This document shows, piece by piece, positions 23,386 to 36,868 of a stretch of 64,000 nt of DNA. The stretch lies in the NCBI RefSeq assembly GCF_002105155.1, contig NW_019028981.1, forward strand, positions 744,001 to 808,000. Reading direction: 5' to 3'. The translations under genes were made by a program, and so were the position numbers. This DNA comes from Lobosporangium transversale. Its lineage: Eukaryota. The notes under the pieces were generated by a model. It was not told where the DNA came from, made no database searches, and saw only the letters and a program-made list of their open reading frames with translations. How positions within the stretch are numbered: position 1 is the stretch's first letter; each line of letters opens with the position of its first letter.

Positions 23386-24793
23386 CTGAGGGGTGTGTAT
23401 AATAATAAAGTAGAGAAAGTAGATTAAGTCCCCTAATTAATGGCCTTTGACAAGGATTAAATAATGGATTTGGGCTTTGCACCAGGCTACTCATGTGATT
23501 AATTGTTCAACATAAGGCCTAGATGCCGCTTCGGCTACGTAGCCTCCTTGGCTTTTGCTCGAAGTATCGGTTTCATATTTGGCTGGAGTTTGGAAGAGAG
23601 AAAGGATGGCCGGTAAAAAGAAAGAAACACGTTGGATATAGCTAGAGGAGCAGTGATGGTATCAAAAATATCGGATGTTAAGTTTACCATAACATTCAGA
23701 CATCTTTTTATTACACGGTGTCGGAAGCGATCGGTGCCATTAGTACTCATAATATTTGCATAGCCAGCCAAGGAAGCAGTGATGGAAAATACGTGGTCAT
23801 TTTTAAGCACTCTATAAATAAGATCAAAGCCTTTATTATCATCCAGTGTCAACTCTCTCAAAGTCGGCCAGGAGGCTCTTGGTTATACAGAAACAGCGCT
23901 TTTATGAAGCGTTAGCCTCTAAACTGGATTCAACTCAATAACGAGCTTTGCTTGTACTGGAGTTGACCTCATCAGGAAACAAAGCGTGAATGACAACTGA
24001 TTATTTTACTGCCTCGGCCTGAACCGATTGCTTCATCTTATATGATGCCAATAGCGGCTCTTCGCCGGCCTAAGCAGGCTTAGTTTGCAAGAGCGACGTT
24101 ATTCGACACAATCGAGTCTCTTTCGAAGACAATTGTTGACGAATCGGCGAGAAGACGGGATCCGGAACGGTAGTGTATACTGATGGAGCTTGTGATACTT
24201 TACTACCACCCAGACCATAGATAGCTTCCTAGGGACGCGTTTTTATTCCTTACTCTGTGGTATCGGATACATATGTATATCATGTCAACAAGTAAGGGTG
24301 CATGTGTAGAACAAAAAAAGATGGCTCTCAATCAGACAAAACTTCCTTCGATTCCATTGGCTGTATTCTCGTGTTACCAAGAGCAAACAGTCACATTTAG
24401 CGTCGTCAGTAATGTATAAAAGGGTGAAGAAACAGTTTTTTTCTCCTTTTTTTTTTCTTTTCCTTACTTATTACAAATTCGCTTTCTTCTCCCTCCATTC
24501 TTTTGATTCTAATTGACTTCTTTTTTCTTTTTTTCTTTTTTTTTTCTTCCTCTTCTTCTTTCTCTCCTTCTGTGCACAGACATTCACCTTCCATTCAGAC
24601 CACAGACACGCAAACACACAGACATTCATACACACATTCGTCTCTTAATCCATTTACTCTGTGAAACACACATATACACTTGTCACATTCTTTTTTGCTC
24701 AAATTTCTACATAATCCTCTCGCGTATCTTTCTTCTACTGTTAGAGGCCAAATTTATATTGCTCTTGGTTAGAACGCTGAAATATTCGCCACC

Positions 24794-25063
24794 ATGAATA
24801 GGAACAACATGGGCCGCGGCAACGGTCTCAATGGAGGCAATAACAACGGCGGTAGCAACAATAGCATCATACGTAGTATACCTGCTCCTACCTCTTCTAC
24901 AAGTGCAAATGGACTTCCCCTCACAAACATTGGTGATCTGCGCCCCTCTATGCGTGGGTTCAATCTCGAGTGTATCCTCCTTGAAAAAGGCAAGTCTCTC
25001 ACTCTTACTTCTCTATTTCTATTCCTCTTTTTACATCATTGCTTGATATTGCTGTAAACTTAT

Positions 25064-25098
<35 letters not shown>

Positions 25099-26371
25099 CT
25101 TTTGTTACCGCTTACAGCTGCAGAACCCCGGAGGACATACGACAACCAGCTATTGACCACATTCCTTGTTGCAGACAAGACTGGAAGCATAGTTCTTGTG
25201 CTCTGGGGTGAAGAAGGAGCATTATTAAGAGGTGGTGACCTAGTCCGGATCCAGGGAGGGTAAGCAACCTGGTTCACTGATAATCCAATATCCATTATCT
25301 TCACTGTATCGTCATGATATTTAGTCTCTAAGGTCACACATCAACTCTTTCTCTTTTTTGGTGCTTCACAACGTTAGTGAGGCAAAACTCTTTAGGGGTC
25401 TAATACAGCTATCTACATCGAAATTTGGGAAGTACAAGAAAATTGGCGAGGACACGATGCTTTTCGTTGAAAAGCCTAACTGGAGCGAGTTTGAATGGAT
25501 TCAAGATCCCAACAGCAAGGCTGGTGTCATGGTAGGCTGATTCAAATACTTGCTATTTTGGTTTAGTCATATACTTAATCGACTATGGACTGCAGAGACT
25601 GATTAGTATACTTTCTCCTACCAATATGTATTTCAGATCCCTGTAACTCCGCAGCACAAGCTGGCTATGGCATCTAATGGGATCCCACCGATGATTCCTG
25701 GTGGAAATATGCAACAACAACGCAATAACTCACAGACTGCTACCAATCCATCTTTCCGTCAAGATCAACGTCCAGGACAGAGACCATTTCCACAGAACCA
25801 GTTGAATCCCAATGGGAATATTCATGGCAATATGCCCGGACCAGGCTTTAATAAAAGCAATTTTGGCGCACCTGGGATATCGTCCAACCCAATGCAGCAT
25901 CAACAACAGCAAGCGCAGCATATGAATGGGCCTACGATGAACGCACCCTCAATAGGGTCAGGGCCAGGGCCAGGATCAGGACCAGGACCCGGATCAGGAC
26001 CAGGCGGCAATCGACCTCATCATGGACAGCACCCGAGCCATGGCCATCATTCAAGCAATCAGGTTGTGAATCAAAACCAAGGTCAGAGTCCATTGGCTAC
26101 TGGCGCAGCTGCGGGAGGGAATACGCACACGATAGGTGCACGACACAGCAAACACAACAAGCATAGCAAGATGCACCGAGACCTTGATGCACCAGATGCT
26201 TTCCCCAGCCCACGGTCAGGATTATCGAATAGTGCGGACGAATTTGCAAGAGAAATGAAGCTGGTGTCGTCACAGGGTAGCGTAGGACTTGGTGTAGGGC
26301 AGCTCAGTCATGGCGGAGGACCAGGTGGCTCTGGCCACCTGCGGAAGAAACCAAAAGTTGAAATGGAGTAA
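24794..26371 (+). CDS. SOSS complex subunit B / hSSB1 (NABP)-like single OB-fold ssDNA-binding protein with Q/N/G-rich tail
   Basis: Exons 24794-24989 (GC donor), 25118(or 25124)-25259, 25378-25531 and 25637-26371. IGDLRPSMRGFNLECILLE...LVADKTGSI...LWG...GDLVRI.GG.AKLFRG...KKIGEDTMLFVEKPNWSE parallels human NABP1/2 (VKDIKPG...VADKTGSI.ISVW...GDIIRL...KIGEFCMVYSEVPNFSE). Confidence 0.88.
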
Positions 26372-27068
26372 AAGAAAAAAAAAAAAAAAAAAAGTGAGAC
26401 AAAGAGAATTATCCGAGGATCAGGGCGTGGCATTTATTGTGGATGATAAAAATGCAACTTGATTGCCACTATTGTTGATTACAATGTCGTTAAATAACTT
26501 CCAAAAACGGAATGTTGGGAGGATACTGCGTGCCGCTGCAGGAAATTTTTTGATGTGGCTGTGTTCTCAAACCGTTTTTTAGAACATGCTAGCGAATCCA
26601 GCCACAAAAAGAAAGAGGTGTTGTCTGTCATGTTGGATGAGCAGGTAACGAGTAAAATGATGTACGAGCTTTTGTAGTAAAGAAAGCAATGGAGCCAGTG
26701 ATTGATCAACATGGACAAGGAGTAGAATTGCTTGCTGTGATAAGCTAAGTCAGAGCATCATTCAATTTTACTGAAATGTTTTGTTGTTGGTCCCTGCACA
26801 GTGCAATGGGATGTGAATTTGAAACATGGTTGGCCCATTTTAGTGCTACTGCTGCTGCAAATTCAAAACCGAGGCAGGCAAGTCAACTAATTAAACTATT
26901 AAATAAATAAAGAGTTTTATTATTAAATCAATGCATTTGCTCTTTCATCATCTGAAATGAGCAATTGAGGGATGAAGGAATTGCAATGTTTTGTTTTCCT
27001 CATTACAGAGCATTAAAATTCACTTGCCTTCCGCCAGTCATTCCCTCAATTCACATAATCACTCACGA

Positions 27069-27100
<32 letters not shown>

Positions 27101-27425
27101 CGTACCTCTGCAAGCTCACTTGCCCACATTCTTCTCACTTCCTCACTCTTTCTCTTTATTCCTTCACTCCTTCACTCACCTCTCCACTCCTCCATCTACT
27201 TCACTCCCATACGCCCTCACTTCTTTGCAGTCCCACGCTCTTACACTTTCATGTACTCACTCTTCTACTTACGCTACGCTTATTACATTTGATCTTTATT
27301 CGCATTCACAGACGTACAGGCACATGCACTTTCTCTCTCTCTCTATTGACTCTTGTTTAGTTGAACTCTCTTTGCATTCCTGAAATTGCTTGCTACCCTT
27401 TTGTTGACCAACTGGCATCTTTGCA

Positions 27426-30400
27426 ATGGAAGAATCGGAGGGCTGCTATTGTATTCAGGCACAGGCCTGTTCTCATTGGATTGCTGCAAAGATGGATAAC
27501 AGACTTGAGACTGCTAGGGAGCACTCACAGACCCATACAAGAACATTTGGTATGTTTTATTTTTATTTATAAAAAAAGGTGATAGCTCCCCAGTCATCAC
27601 CATCGGTCCATGACCATTTATCGTTTCAATATTCGATCACGCCTCTGTTCACAGTCGACGTATCTGAATAATACCAATAATGCCACCATACAGATCATGT
27701 CAATACCTCGTTTCGTTTATTAATCCTTTTCCGTCTCTCTCTTCTAAATTGCCAATCAATAAATATGACAGAGCAAGGACTGTATCAGCAGGAGAATCAT
27801 CGCCCAATTGTTAATGAGCTACAACGAGAGGTAAGGTAGAAATGCAACTAAACTGTTTTTTTTTCCCCAATCTGATCGTCTTTGTACCGCAGAGGAACGA
27901 AAGAAAAAAATAATAAAGTCTGACCCCATTATGCCGTGCGCATGCAGTAGTCACGTCTGTCCTCATCCCTTTGTTTTGTCCACTGTGACTAAAACAATCA
28001 TGGTCATAAACGATGTGGTAGTGAGCCAAACAAACATTAACATCTTTATCGTTCCCCTTGCTCCTGCTTTCTCTTAGCTCAGAATTGCCATGACGGAGAT
28101 TGAAAAATTAGCAAAGACCAGTCGAGATCTAGCGAAAATTAATCAGGAACTCGAAGAGTCGCGGTTACTGGCTGTCAGTGACCAGGCAAGAACAGCAAAA
28201 CGACTCATGCTTGTCTCTGCTCAGCTGGAATATACAGAGCAACAGCTTTTTAACCTTACTAAAGAGATGGCTGATGGACAAAAGGATTCAGACCTACTGC
28301 GAATAGAAAGAATCAAGAGGGAAGCATTGCAGGAACGCGAGGATGCAAGTCGATTGAAGATCGAGGCTTTACAGGATGAACTTCAGGAGGTGCAAAGATC
28401 AGAAAGGGCATTACAACAAAAACTTGTTACGATCCAAGGCAAGTATGAGACTCTGTCTAAGCGCCATGACAGCCTCAAACGACAGCAGCAGGAGTTAGAG
28501 CTGGCGCGCGAAAGTAAAGAAGCGCTTGCTTGGCTCAAAGAAACAACCGACCGGCTCTGCTCTCCGCCTCAAGGTAGTTTGGGCCAGGCAATCCAACAAG
28601 AACGGCCATCACAGGGATCAACCGTAATGAGTATGCATCAACTCTCACCGTCTTCATCACCGCCCTATCCATCCTCGTTCATTGATCCACCACTCGCCGC
28701 ACAAAATCAATTGATCTCATTAATCAAAGAACTCGCTACAACCAACTCGACATTACGCTCTGAGCTAAATGAATACCGTGATCTGTTGCAGGATACTAGG
28801 AACGAAATACTGGCCCTACGGTCACAAGTAGAAGACTATGAACAGGGTCATGCATTTGAACACTGGTACGGTAATCGGATAGACAATAACGAAAACTTTC
28901 TTATGCCTAAGGGTGCTTGGAGTGGGCTCGATATGCCTGTAGGGGGGGGTCTGGATGCTGCGAGTCACATCGGGACTCTTGGATCTGTTGCAGGGTCGCC
29001 TCCTCCTTACATGAATGCTTCTCGACACCATCCTCATTCGCCTGGCGTGCGCGGAAGTGTATTTGGAGAGCTTGAAAGGCTTTATAGTCAAGGCAAACAA
29101 CCTTCATCGATCTCTGCCCCTCATAAGCGCACCGGACTGGACCGCTCTTCCAAAGAGTTAAAGCGGAAAACAAACAGAGGTTACGAGCATACTAACCATT
29201 CACATTCAGACTCAAACAACGCGGCCACTGTTTCAACATCGACATCCACATCCGAAATGAGACGAGGTTCTGATTCCATCGTACTCTCATCTCGATCACC
29301 CATGAACCCCACTAGTTCCAAACCACGCGAACACAATGTTAGCATATCCAGTCCCGCCTCTAACATTGGTCGAGGCCAACGCTCTATATACGCAGATGTA
29401 GATATGGACATGCTTAGTTCTGGTTGCGAATTTGATGAAGATCATGAGAACAGATATCATCCTGAGAAACCCACCAATCCATCATCGGACATGAGTGATT
29501 GTGCAAACGATCAAGATGAACCTGGGTATGTTGCCAGATTTGTCGAAGTAAGTACTATTTTTGCTGTGACTCGTTCGCCTTTTTTGTCACTTTGTTCAGT
29601 AACTTCAGAAAAGAAGCCTTAGCAGCTCATCATGCAGCTCCTTTGTCATTGCTGCATCCCTTATCAAACTTTTTTTTATTATTTAATTTCCTTTTCCCAT
29701 TCAATTTTTTCCCCCGACAACCGTTGCTCTATTTTCACCACGAAGGCTTTATCATCGCTATCATTTTTCTCGGGACCAGCTTCAGGACCTTCTCTGTAGA
29801 GAAAGGGAATAAGTGGGAATGGACTAGTGCGTGTGAATAAGAGTCCAAAGCAAATCTTTATACTGATTCAATGACGCGCACAGACCATGCTTCTTGTCTT
29901 CAACAACCTTTTTTTTTTTTTTTTTTTTTTTTTTAATTCTCCCTTTGCTCCATTTCTCTCTTTCTGATCTTCCTTGCCAATTTACCACACGGTATTTTTA
30001 TGTGTTTTGATTAACGCTATTGAAATGTTTTGGCAAACTAGAAGACCCAAATGGAAATGCTCGATTCACCTGACGATAGATCATCGGCAAAGTCTGCACA
30101 TCGACCTCTTGTGCTTTTACCATCAGCAAGGTTGGATGATAAAGCAAACAGGGAAGACGGAAGCGTCTCTTTCATGATGGGAAGCTCATCTGACATTGCC
30201 AGAGGTAGAAACCATTTAGACACGGAACGAAATGGCTCCCACAATGATCAAGTAAATTCTATATCATTTCTGTCGGCGGAGCTGCAGAGGGCAACCCAGG
30301 CTGAAGCTAATACACCATTGGACTTATCCTCGGGATGCGAATATTCACAATCCATCATCCTAGAACCTAACGCAACGTATCTGCTGGAGGAGGGGCGGGA

Positions 30401-33400
30401 GCTGTCCCCTGGTCATATCAATGAAAGTATAGCTATCGGAGATAATTCTGGCGGAGCATCCTTGCCTGTGGCACGCCCGTGGAGCGGCGTTGACTGCTCT
30501 CTTCTCTCTCAATGGCCAAAAGCGTCTTCGGATCAGCGTATTCTCCCGCCATACCAGCGACGACGACTTTCGGAACCAGTACAACATCATTTTAGCATAG
30601 ACCCCTTCTCTCAAACAATAGCTACCAAGAAGAATCGGCCAAGATCAATTTGTAGCGATAGGAGGCCGCAATTATGCATGAAGCCATCCAGCCTACATTG
30701 TATTCATCCTGGGAATTCAAAAAGCACCAGTACAGACGAAATACCAGATTCGCGGCAATGCAAAAGCTCAGAATATATGGAACAAATGATAGTGGAGCGA
30801 CGCCAGCATATGATGGAGGCATGGCGCGTTGGTGTGGTCGCAGCAGCCGTGGCTCAACAACAACCCATCCATTCTGCCGCCGCATTTGGTGAGCAGAGGA
30901 AAGACACAGACAGTTTTAGCGTTCGTTCCAAAGCCTCTAAAGCATCTAGAAAGCGCGCTAAGGAGCAAATTGCACGGAAAGCAAGTGTCAAAGGTGTCGC
31001 CGAAGAAGTCAAAGGTCAGAATAAGGATAATGGTGCTCAAGCACATACCAATACCCCTTTGTCTAAAGAATCAGACAGCGCAATTCGAGGTATACCAGAA
31101 TCTGTCGAAAGTCCCGTAACTTCTATGGACGGTCTCTCTATCAACCAAAATATCACTATTGACACAATACCAGCCGGAACTGGGTATGCTCCTACATTTC
31201 TCTTCAGCAAGCCACTACAAAGTAAACTGGATAAAGGCAAAAAGCGGTATAGTGTGCGCTCTGTCCGATCGATGCGTTCATCACTTTTGCGCTCGCCTTT
31301 ATTACGGTCGCCTCTACCAGCGCGCGACAGAAGGTTCCCCTCAGAGGCCAGCACTGCGTCAGAAGCATTCTCGAGCCGCCGCTATGATCATGAACATAGT
31401 CCGTACCAACTACTTCATACACTTGCAACCGATCTACTCGAGCGCCTGTGTAGGTCAGATACACGGGAATTGAACCGTAGGCTCCGAAGGACGTTTGATA
31501 TTCAAGCACTATCTCAAATGTCCAACTCCGTTATCGAAAATGTTTTAACAGATGTCAACAATTTGAATGAGAGATTCAGGTGGCTAGAGGCACAGGCGAC
31601 TGATCCGATTAATGAACTATTTGCGCGCCAGACTAGCATGACCTTACCCAGTGATGATGTAGGTTACAATTCCGAACGAGTGGATAATAACCCGGACGGT
31701 GATTCAGTCGAGGGAGAGGAAGGGCAGTTAGGGGACGAAGGAGAGAACAAAGATGATGATGATGATGATGAAGAAATGGAGGAGGAGGAGGAGGAGGAAG
31801 AGGAAGAAGAAGAAGAAGGAGAAGAAGGAGAGGAAGACTGGAGTTTCACTATTGCAGAGTTCTTTCCCTTGGCACACATGGTACAAGAGATGTTGTCTGA
31901 AATTGGCAAACTACGTATGACAATCAATGAGCTTCAGCTAAGCTATGTACTGAAAGTGGAACAGGATCGCATCAAGGCTGAGAAAGACTTTCTGCGAGAG
32001 GATGTACCTTCCGAGGATGACGACAATTTTGAAGTTCATGGGCACATTAGTGCTGAGATGCATATGAGCGTAAGGGGATCTGACCGTGCTCTTAACAAGT
32101 CTACTCAGCCTAGAAACGTCTTGGGGATACTGGATCGACCTCGCATTCTGGAGTCTGCGTCCACTGGTGTGTCTGGTTTCTTTAACAAAGTATTTGGTGG
32201 GAATGGTCACCAATCAGGAACTGAAGACAATAAGGCCTTAGGAGTACAAAATGTATCAACCATTTTGGCTGTGGAGACATCTAAGGACATTCCAGCCATA
32301 TCCAAGAGCAAATCAGACTTAGTGATAGCGGAAACATCCAGAGTGTTTGCAGATTCTGCTTGGATTTCATCCCCCAGAAAACCAGTAGCACCCAAGGCGC
32401 CCAACCCATCCATCTCAGCAGAGGCTCCACTTTTGTCAAGGCCTAACACCATCTTTGTAGCTGGATCAAGACTATCCGCTACAAGGTCCTTGGCGGCCAT
32501 GGCTACGATGTCGCCGGCAAGATCCACCACCATCCATGTGACTGAAGGTGTAGCCGTGGCGCCATTGATACCATCGTCGCGTACAAGAGCAATTGATATT
32601 AACTTTGGTCCGTATGCTAAGCACGAAGACGGGTTGCATTCTCCTCCGAGAGCTACTTCTACGACTGCATCTGTTCAAGGCATGCTCTCGCATTCAGTCC
32701 CACAAAGCCAACCGCTTGACAGATTGCCAACCGAGCAGCCCATCAAAACGGCTTTTTCGCCAGATAGATCAAGTCCTGCTGCATCCTTCCGAAGCTCATC
32801 GTCCACATCAGAAGGAGGCGAAATACCGAACCCACTGGTTACAGTCAAGTTTCCAGGATCAGCACCAACCATTGAAGGAGAAACGTCGTCGACATTACGA
32901 TCGTCCAGTATGTCCAGATACTCTCAAATGCCGGACAAAACACAGTGTCCAATCGGAATCTCCACTCAGGCGGGCGCTCCTGCCTCAAATATCCTTACTA
33001 GGCAAGATATATTCCAGGAGCACTGGATGGCATCCACTCCCTCTTCGCTATCGGCTAGAGCCTCAACCAGTCAAGGAAATGCAAGGGTTGCAGGGACTGA
33101 GAGTGCCGCCACTCATACTTACAAAGTTGATCCTATGGCATCATTAAATCCAAGCACCAGTGAGGCCATGCCCAACGTAGCTACAAGACTTGTCTCCAAG
33201 CCCACACTCATTACACAGTCCGCCTTAACAGTTGCAACCCCATCAACTTCAACCGTGTCTTCGCCCATATCGACTAATTCATGGATTGATGCCCGCCGCT
33301 TTTCCGGCAATCCTTCACAGGAACCAGGAGCAACTGAAACGGATACACTTGATAAGCCAGCAGTAGGATCTCCATTAGGAACAAACACCGGGCTGGCGTA

Positions 33401-34412
33401 TGAGGGTTTATTAGGATTAGCTTCAGCATCAGAATCAGCTGCATCTCTGGAGCAGACTTTGCCCAAGCCACAGCATGCATATTCGTTTCATGAAGGCATT
33501 ATTTTAGGAGACAATCAAGAGTCTATCACCAAGAGTCTAGGCCGAACGAGCGGACGGGAATCGGCCTTAGCGTTTTTACGACGCGAGGTACCTGCATCAT
33601 CCATTTTAGGCTCATTATTCCAATCTCAACCGCAATCAGGAAGCGCATCAAGTCAAATGCCTATTAGCTCTTCTTCTTCTCTTCGACGAGCCGTCAGCAA
33701 ATCAGCGTATAAGGGTAAAGGGGTGATGACAGATCAGCAAGCCAGCACTCAAATTAGTCATAACACCAATGGTGGTAGCAAGGGCAATAGTCAAGCGAGA
33801 ACCAACCTTGAAATCCTGTCAGGGCTAATCAACAATGATCGTGGAAGTGGGCCCGAAATCTCTGACAAAGATAGCGGAACAAAAGCTGTATCAGTACAGC
33901 CTAGTATCCAAGGTTCGCCTGACTTATCAGTACTGCAAAGCATAGCCTCCTCCCAATCCGACACATTATTAGTACCATCTTCAGGAACTGGAGCTGAGAC
34001 AGAGCCGGTGGCTACTGCAGAGTCTGTCCATGTCTGTCCAGGCACCATTTCAATGCCTACCACTAGTCTCTCTCAGCGTGCGGCTGCAACAAGCACAGCA
34101 GTTGCGTATGTGGTGGCGACGCCGGCTGCCCATGGATCTAGTGAGAAGGATGGATCTCGACGCAGGAGAGCTGTTTTTGATCGTGAGCTCATCCGAGCAT
34201 CTCAGAAACGAATCCTATCTGGGGCTCCTCACCAGGAAACGGCTTTTGTACCCGAAATCCGGCCCCGCCGAGCGCGTGCGCTCTCAGTTGACAGCGCGCA
34301 ATCCACAGAGCCGCTCAAGACATCCGAAATTTTCGACATCTGGCGAGCAGGAGCAGGGGTCAGCCGGGATATATGGCGAGGATTAATCAAAAAGGTTGAT
34401 GGACGAGACTAA
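27426..34412 (+). CDS. Large (~2000 aa) uncharacterised coiled-coil protein
   Basis: Exons 27426-27549, 27772-27830, 28078-29547 and 30042(or 30045)-34412 join in frame. It has an N-terminal Cys motif (GCYCIQAQAC), a long coiled coil, a helical block LLERLCRSDTRELNRRLRRTFDIQALSQMSNSVIENVL, a poly-E tract and S/T-rich disorder. The two 5' exons are less certain. Confidence 0.8.
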
Positions 34413-34546
34413 CCATCATGCTTCATGCTCATTAAAATTATTTATATTCAAATCAGGACAAATAGACCATTATAGAAATAAAGATGCCAATAATGACTTT
34501 TTTTGCTTCCTATTTACACTTCGCAGTATAATCTTGTCTATGAACG

Positions 34547-36868
34547 TCAACACAGCAAAGAAGTAGATGGGGATATGGTCGAAGATGAAATTGATGGTTT
34601 CAAAGTTGGGTGCAAGTGCACAGGTGATAGTGAAGGTGAGGGTGAAGGCAAACGAGGTTTGGCATGATGGCTGCTACAGCGAGCAAGGTCTGTCGCAGTT
34701 GAAGCAACGATCGCAGGTGCTGCAGTGCGCAGGTAGTCCTGCAGTAAAAGTTGGTCAATGAGCTTGGATGCCGTAGGATCCAACGTCGTCACTGTGCTTA
34801 GGCTCTGAACAAAGGTAGCTGCGACATGCAGGTCCTGTTTATCATTATTACCGTTATTATCATTGAGAGTATTATCTAAAGGTATTGATTTCGATTGTCC
34901 TACAACAGTTGTATTTATACTCGCTCCTACCCCTGGCTCTGACGCTGCAACCTCTGTACCTGTTTTCGCCTTCAAGGCTACATCAGAGCTCGATATTGCT
35001 TTATCCTGAGTCTTGAATACGGCAGATGTAATATCGTTTCGGTTACCAGCTAGCGAAGGTATGGCAGGAGGAGTAGGCAGTGGAGATGCAGCTGCCACTA
35101 GAGATCGTGTATGACTATGACTAAGGTTTTGTAAGTGAGAACAGTCATTGCTGTGAGGACAAATATGGCTGTAGCTTATTGCAGGCTCGGATTGCCTCTT
35201 CGCGATCGTCCGACTGGTCTCAGCGTTGCTGCGAGTGGTAGCAGGATGACTGCCAGTACCACAGTTATTGCTAGCATTCTGGGCAAGGCTCAGCAACACT
35301 TCATGGAGGTCTGGTGGGAGCGTGCTTGCTGGAACTTCACCGGGATTACGACGACACTGTGGAGCTACTCTCTGGCTATTGCTGGCTTTTGTAGGCTCTG
35401 GAGTGCTGCCCGGAGAAAATGAGTATGACCGCTGTTGCTGTTGTGGGTGGCTCTGTATTAGATAGGGATGAGAACATTGTTGGTATAGGAAGTCATGAGT
35501 TGATTGATGCTGCTGTTGTAGTGGAGGAGGAATGCCACTTAGAGGAAAGTGTGAAGAATATTTGTATAACATTTGGTTGTACGTGGACATGGATCTTGAG
35601 CATGATTCCGCTTTGAGCTTTGAGGTGCGTCTTTTGCGTGATTGTGGTTGCGATTGAGGAGCGCTGGATGGAGGGTATTCCTGTGCAGCGATCATGTTAG
35701 CTGTTGCTGTTATAGTGGGGGATTGCTGGTAATCGACAGATTCCCCATTCTGCATGGAAGGCGAGAGATACTTCTGGTTCTGGCTGTGGCTATGGCTGTG
35801 GCTATGGCTGTGGTTACGGCTGTCACTGTGTAAACTAGTTCTTAGGGGAGATGAGAATGCAACCATATACGGGTGAGTCGAGGAGATATCCGAGTATACT
35901 CCTTGCTGCTGTTGCTGTTGCACGAGAGACGTGACTAGATGGCTGCTGGTGCTAGGATTCATAGTATGAGAAAACGCTGTGGGCATCGATAGCGTCTTTG
36001 GTGGCCAAGGTTGCAGCGGCGTTGATATGCCAGCTGTTGTGAGCACAGTTGCAGGCTTTGAAAGGTCGTGTCTGCTGCTCATACCTAACCCTTCAGGACT
36101 GTATACAGAGGAGCTAGAGGCCCCATCCTCTCGTAATGATCGTTTCCGAGGCATCTTAAGAAACGTGGGACTACAAGCCAATGGTTTCGAAGATTGACCC
36201 TCAGCTTGATCATTATTAGAAAGAAAATAGAATCCAGGGTGAACAAACTCCTCTTTAATACTGAGTTTCTTGCTCTCCGCCTTCCAGATGGAGAATGGCG
36301 GTATAATAGAATTTAGGTTTTGTTGCTCTCGTTGTAGTGGCTGTTGTGGTAGTGATTGTTTTTGCTGTTGCTGTTGATGGGCGGAAGGACTTCCAGTTAC
36401 AGCGATATCTTGGTCGTTTAGGCCGAGTAACCGCTCTAGTCGGTCAGCCTCCCAGAGTAGTGGACCTAACGATGTCAGGAATGCGCTTTGCTGCGATGTT
36501 GTATAACTCAATACTGCACAAGAGTTATCTCCTAGAAGGTTGGAAAACTCGGAAGCCCGTATATTCTCGTTGATTATCACACTCGTATTATCGTCCTTAA
36601 TGCTGCTAAGTGGATCAAGTAACTCTTGGGATTCTTTGCTCAAATGTACGCTCTTTCTTGTTAACTTTTCAGAGAGGATATCAGGCTGTGTGTTGCAGGC
36701 AACCTCCTTTGAAGCTTGGGGGCCACTACCATCTAAATGTATAGGAATGGCGGACGACGATGAGTGTGAAGATGAAGGTTCAGGAAAGCCAGGTTGAAGT
36801 GCTGAGAGAAAAGACGACAATGGGTCTGAAAGATAAGGATAAGAGGTTGAGGAAGGTGAGAAAGCCAT
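34547..36868 (-). CDS. Uncharacterised low-complexity S/Q/P/H-rich protein
   Basis: A single ORF of more than 770 codons, first ATG at 36868. It carries poly-Q and SH repeats and no recognisable domain. Confidence 0.7.
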   Translation of the reverse strand: MAFSPSSTSYPYLSDPLSSFLSALQPGFPEPSSSHSSSSAIPIHLDGSGPQASKEVACNTQPDILSEKLTRKSVHLSKESQELLDPLSSIKDDNTSVIINENIRASEFSNLLGDNSCAVLSYTTSQQSAFLTSLGPLLWEADRLERLLGLNDQDIAVTGSPSAHQQQQQKQSLPQQPLQREQQNLNSIIPPFSIWKAESKKLSIKEEFVHPGFYFLSNNDQAEGQSSKPLACSPTFLKMPRKRSLREDGASSSSVYSPEGLGMSSRHDLSKPATVLTTAGISTPLQPWPPKTLSMPTAFSHTMNPSTSSHLVTSLVQQQQQQGVYSDISSTHPYMVAFSSPLRTSLHSDSRNHSHSHSHSHSQNQKYLSPSMQNGESVDYQQSPTITATANMIAAQEYPPSSAPQSQPQSRKRRTSKLKAESCSRSMSTYNQMLYKYSSHFPLSGIPPPLQQQHQSTHDFLYQQCSHPYLIQSHPQQQQRSYSFSPGSTPEPTKASNSQRVAPQCRRNPGEVPASTLPPDLHEVLLSLAQNASNNCGTGSHPATTRSNAETSRTIAKRQSEPAISYSHICPHSNDCSHLQNLSHSHTRSLVAAASPLPTPPAIPSLAGNRNDITSAVFKTQDKAISSSDVALKAKTGTEVAASEPGVGASINTTVVGQSKSIPLDNTLNDNNGNNDKQDLHVAATFVQSLSTVTTLDPTASKLIDQLLLQDYLRTAAPAIVASTATDLARCSSHHAKPRLPSPSPSLSPVHLHPTLKPSISSSTISPSTSLLC

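Noticed and set aside
26965..27383. Two overlapping 130-aa ORFs rich in F/L/S/H
   Set aside because: They arise from a CT-rich promoter/5' UTR tract and poly-T, not protein-like sequence.
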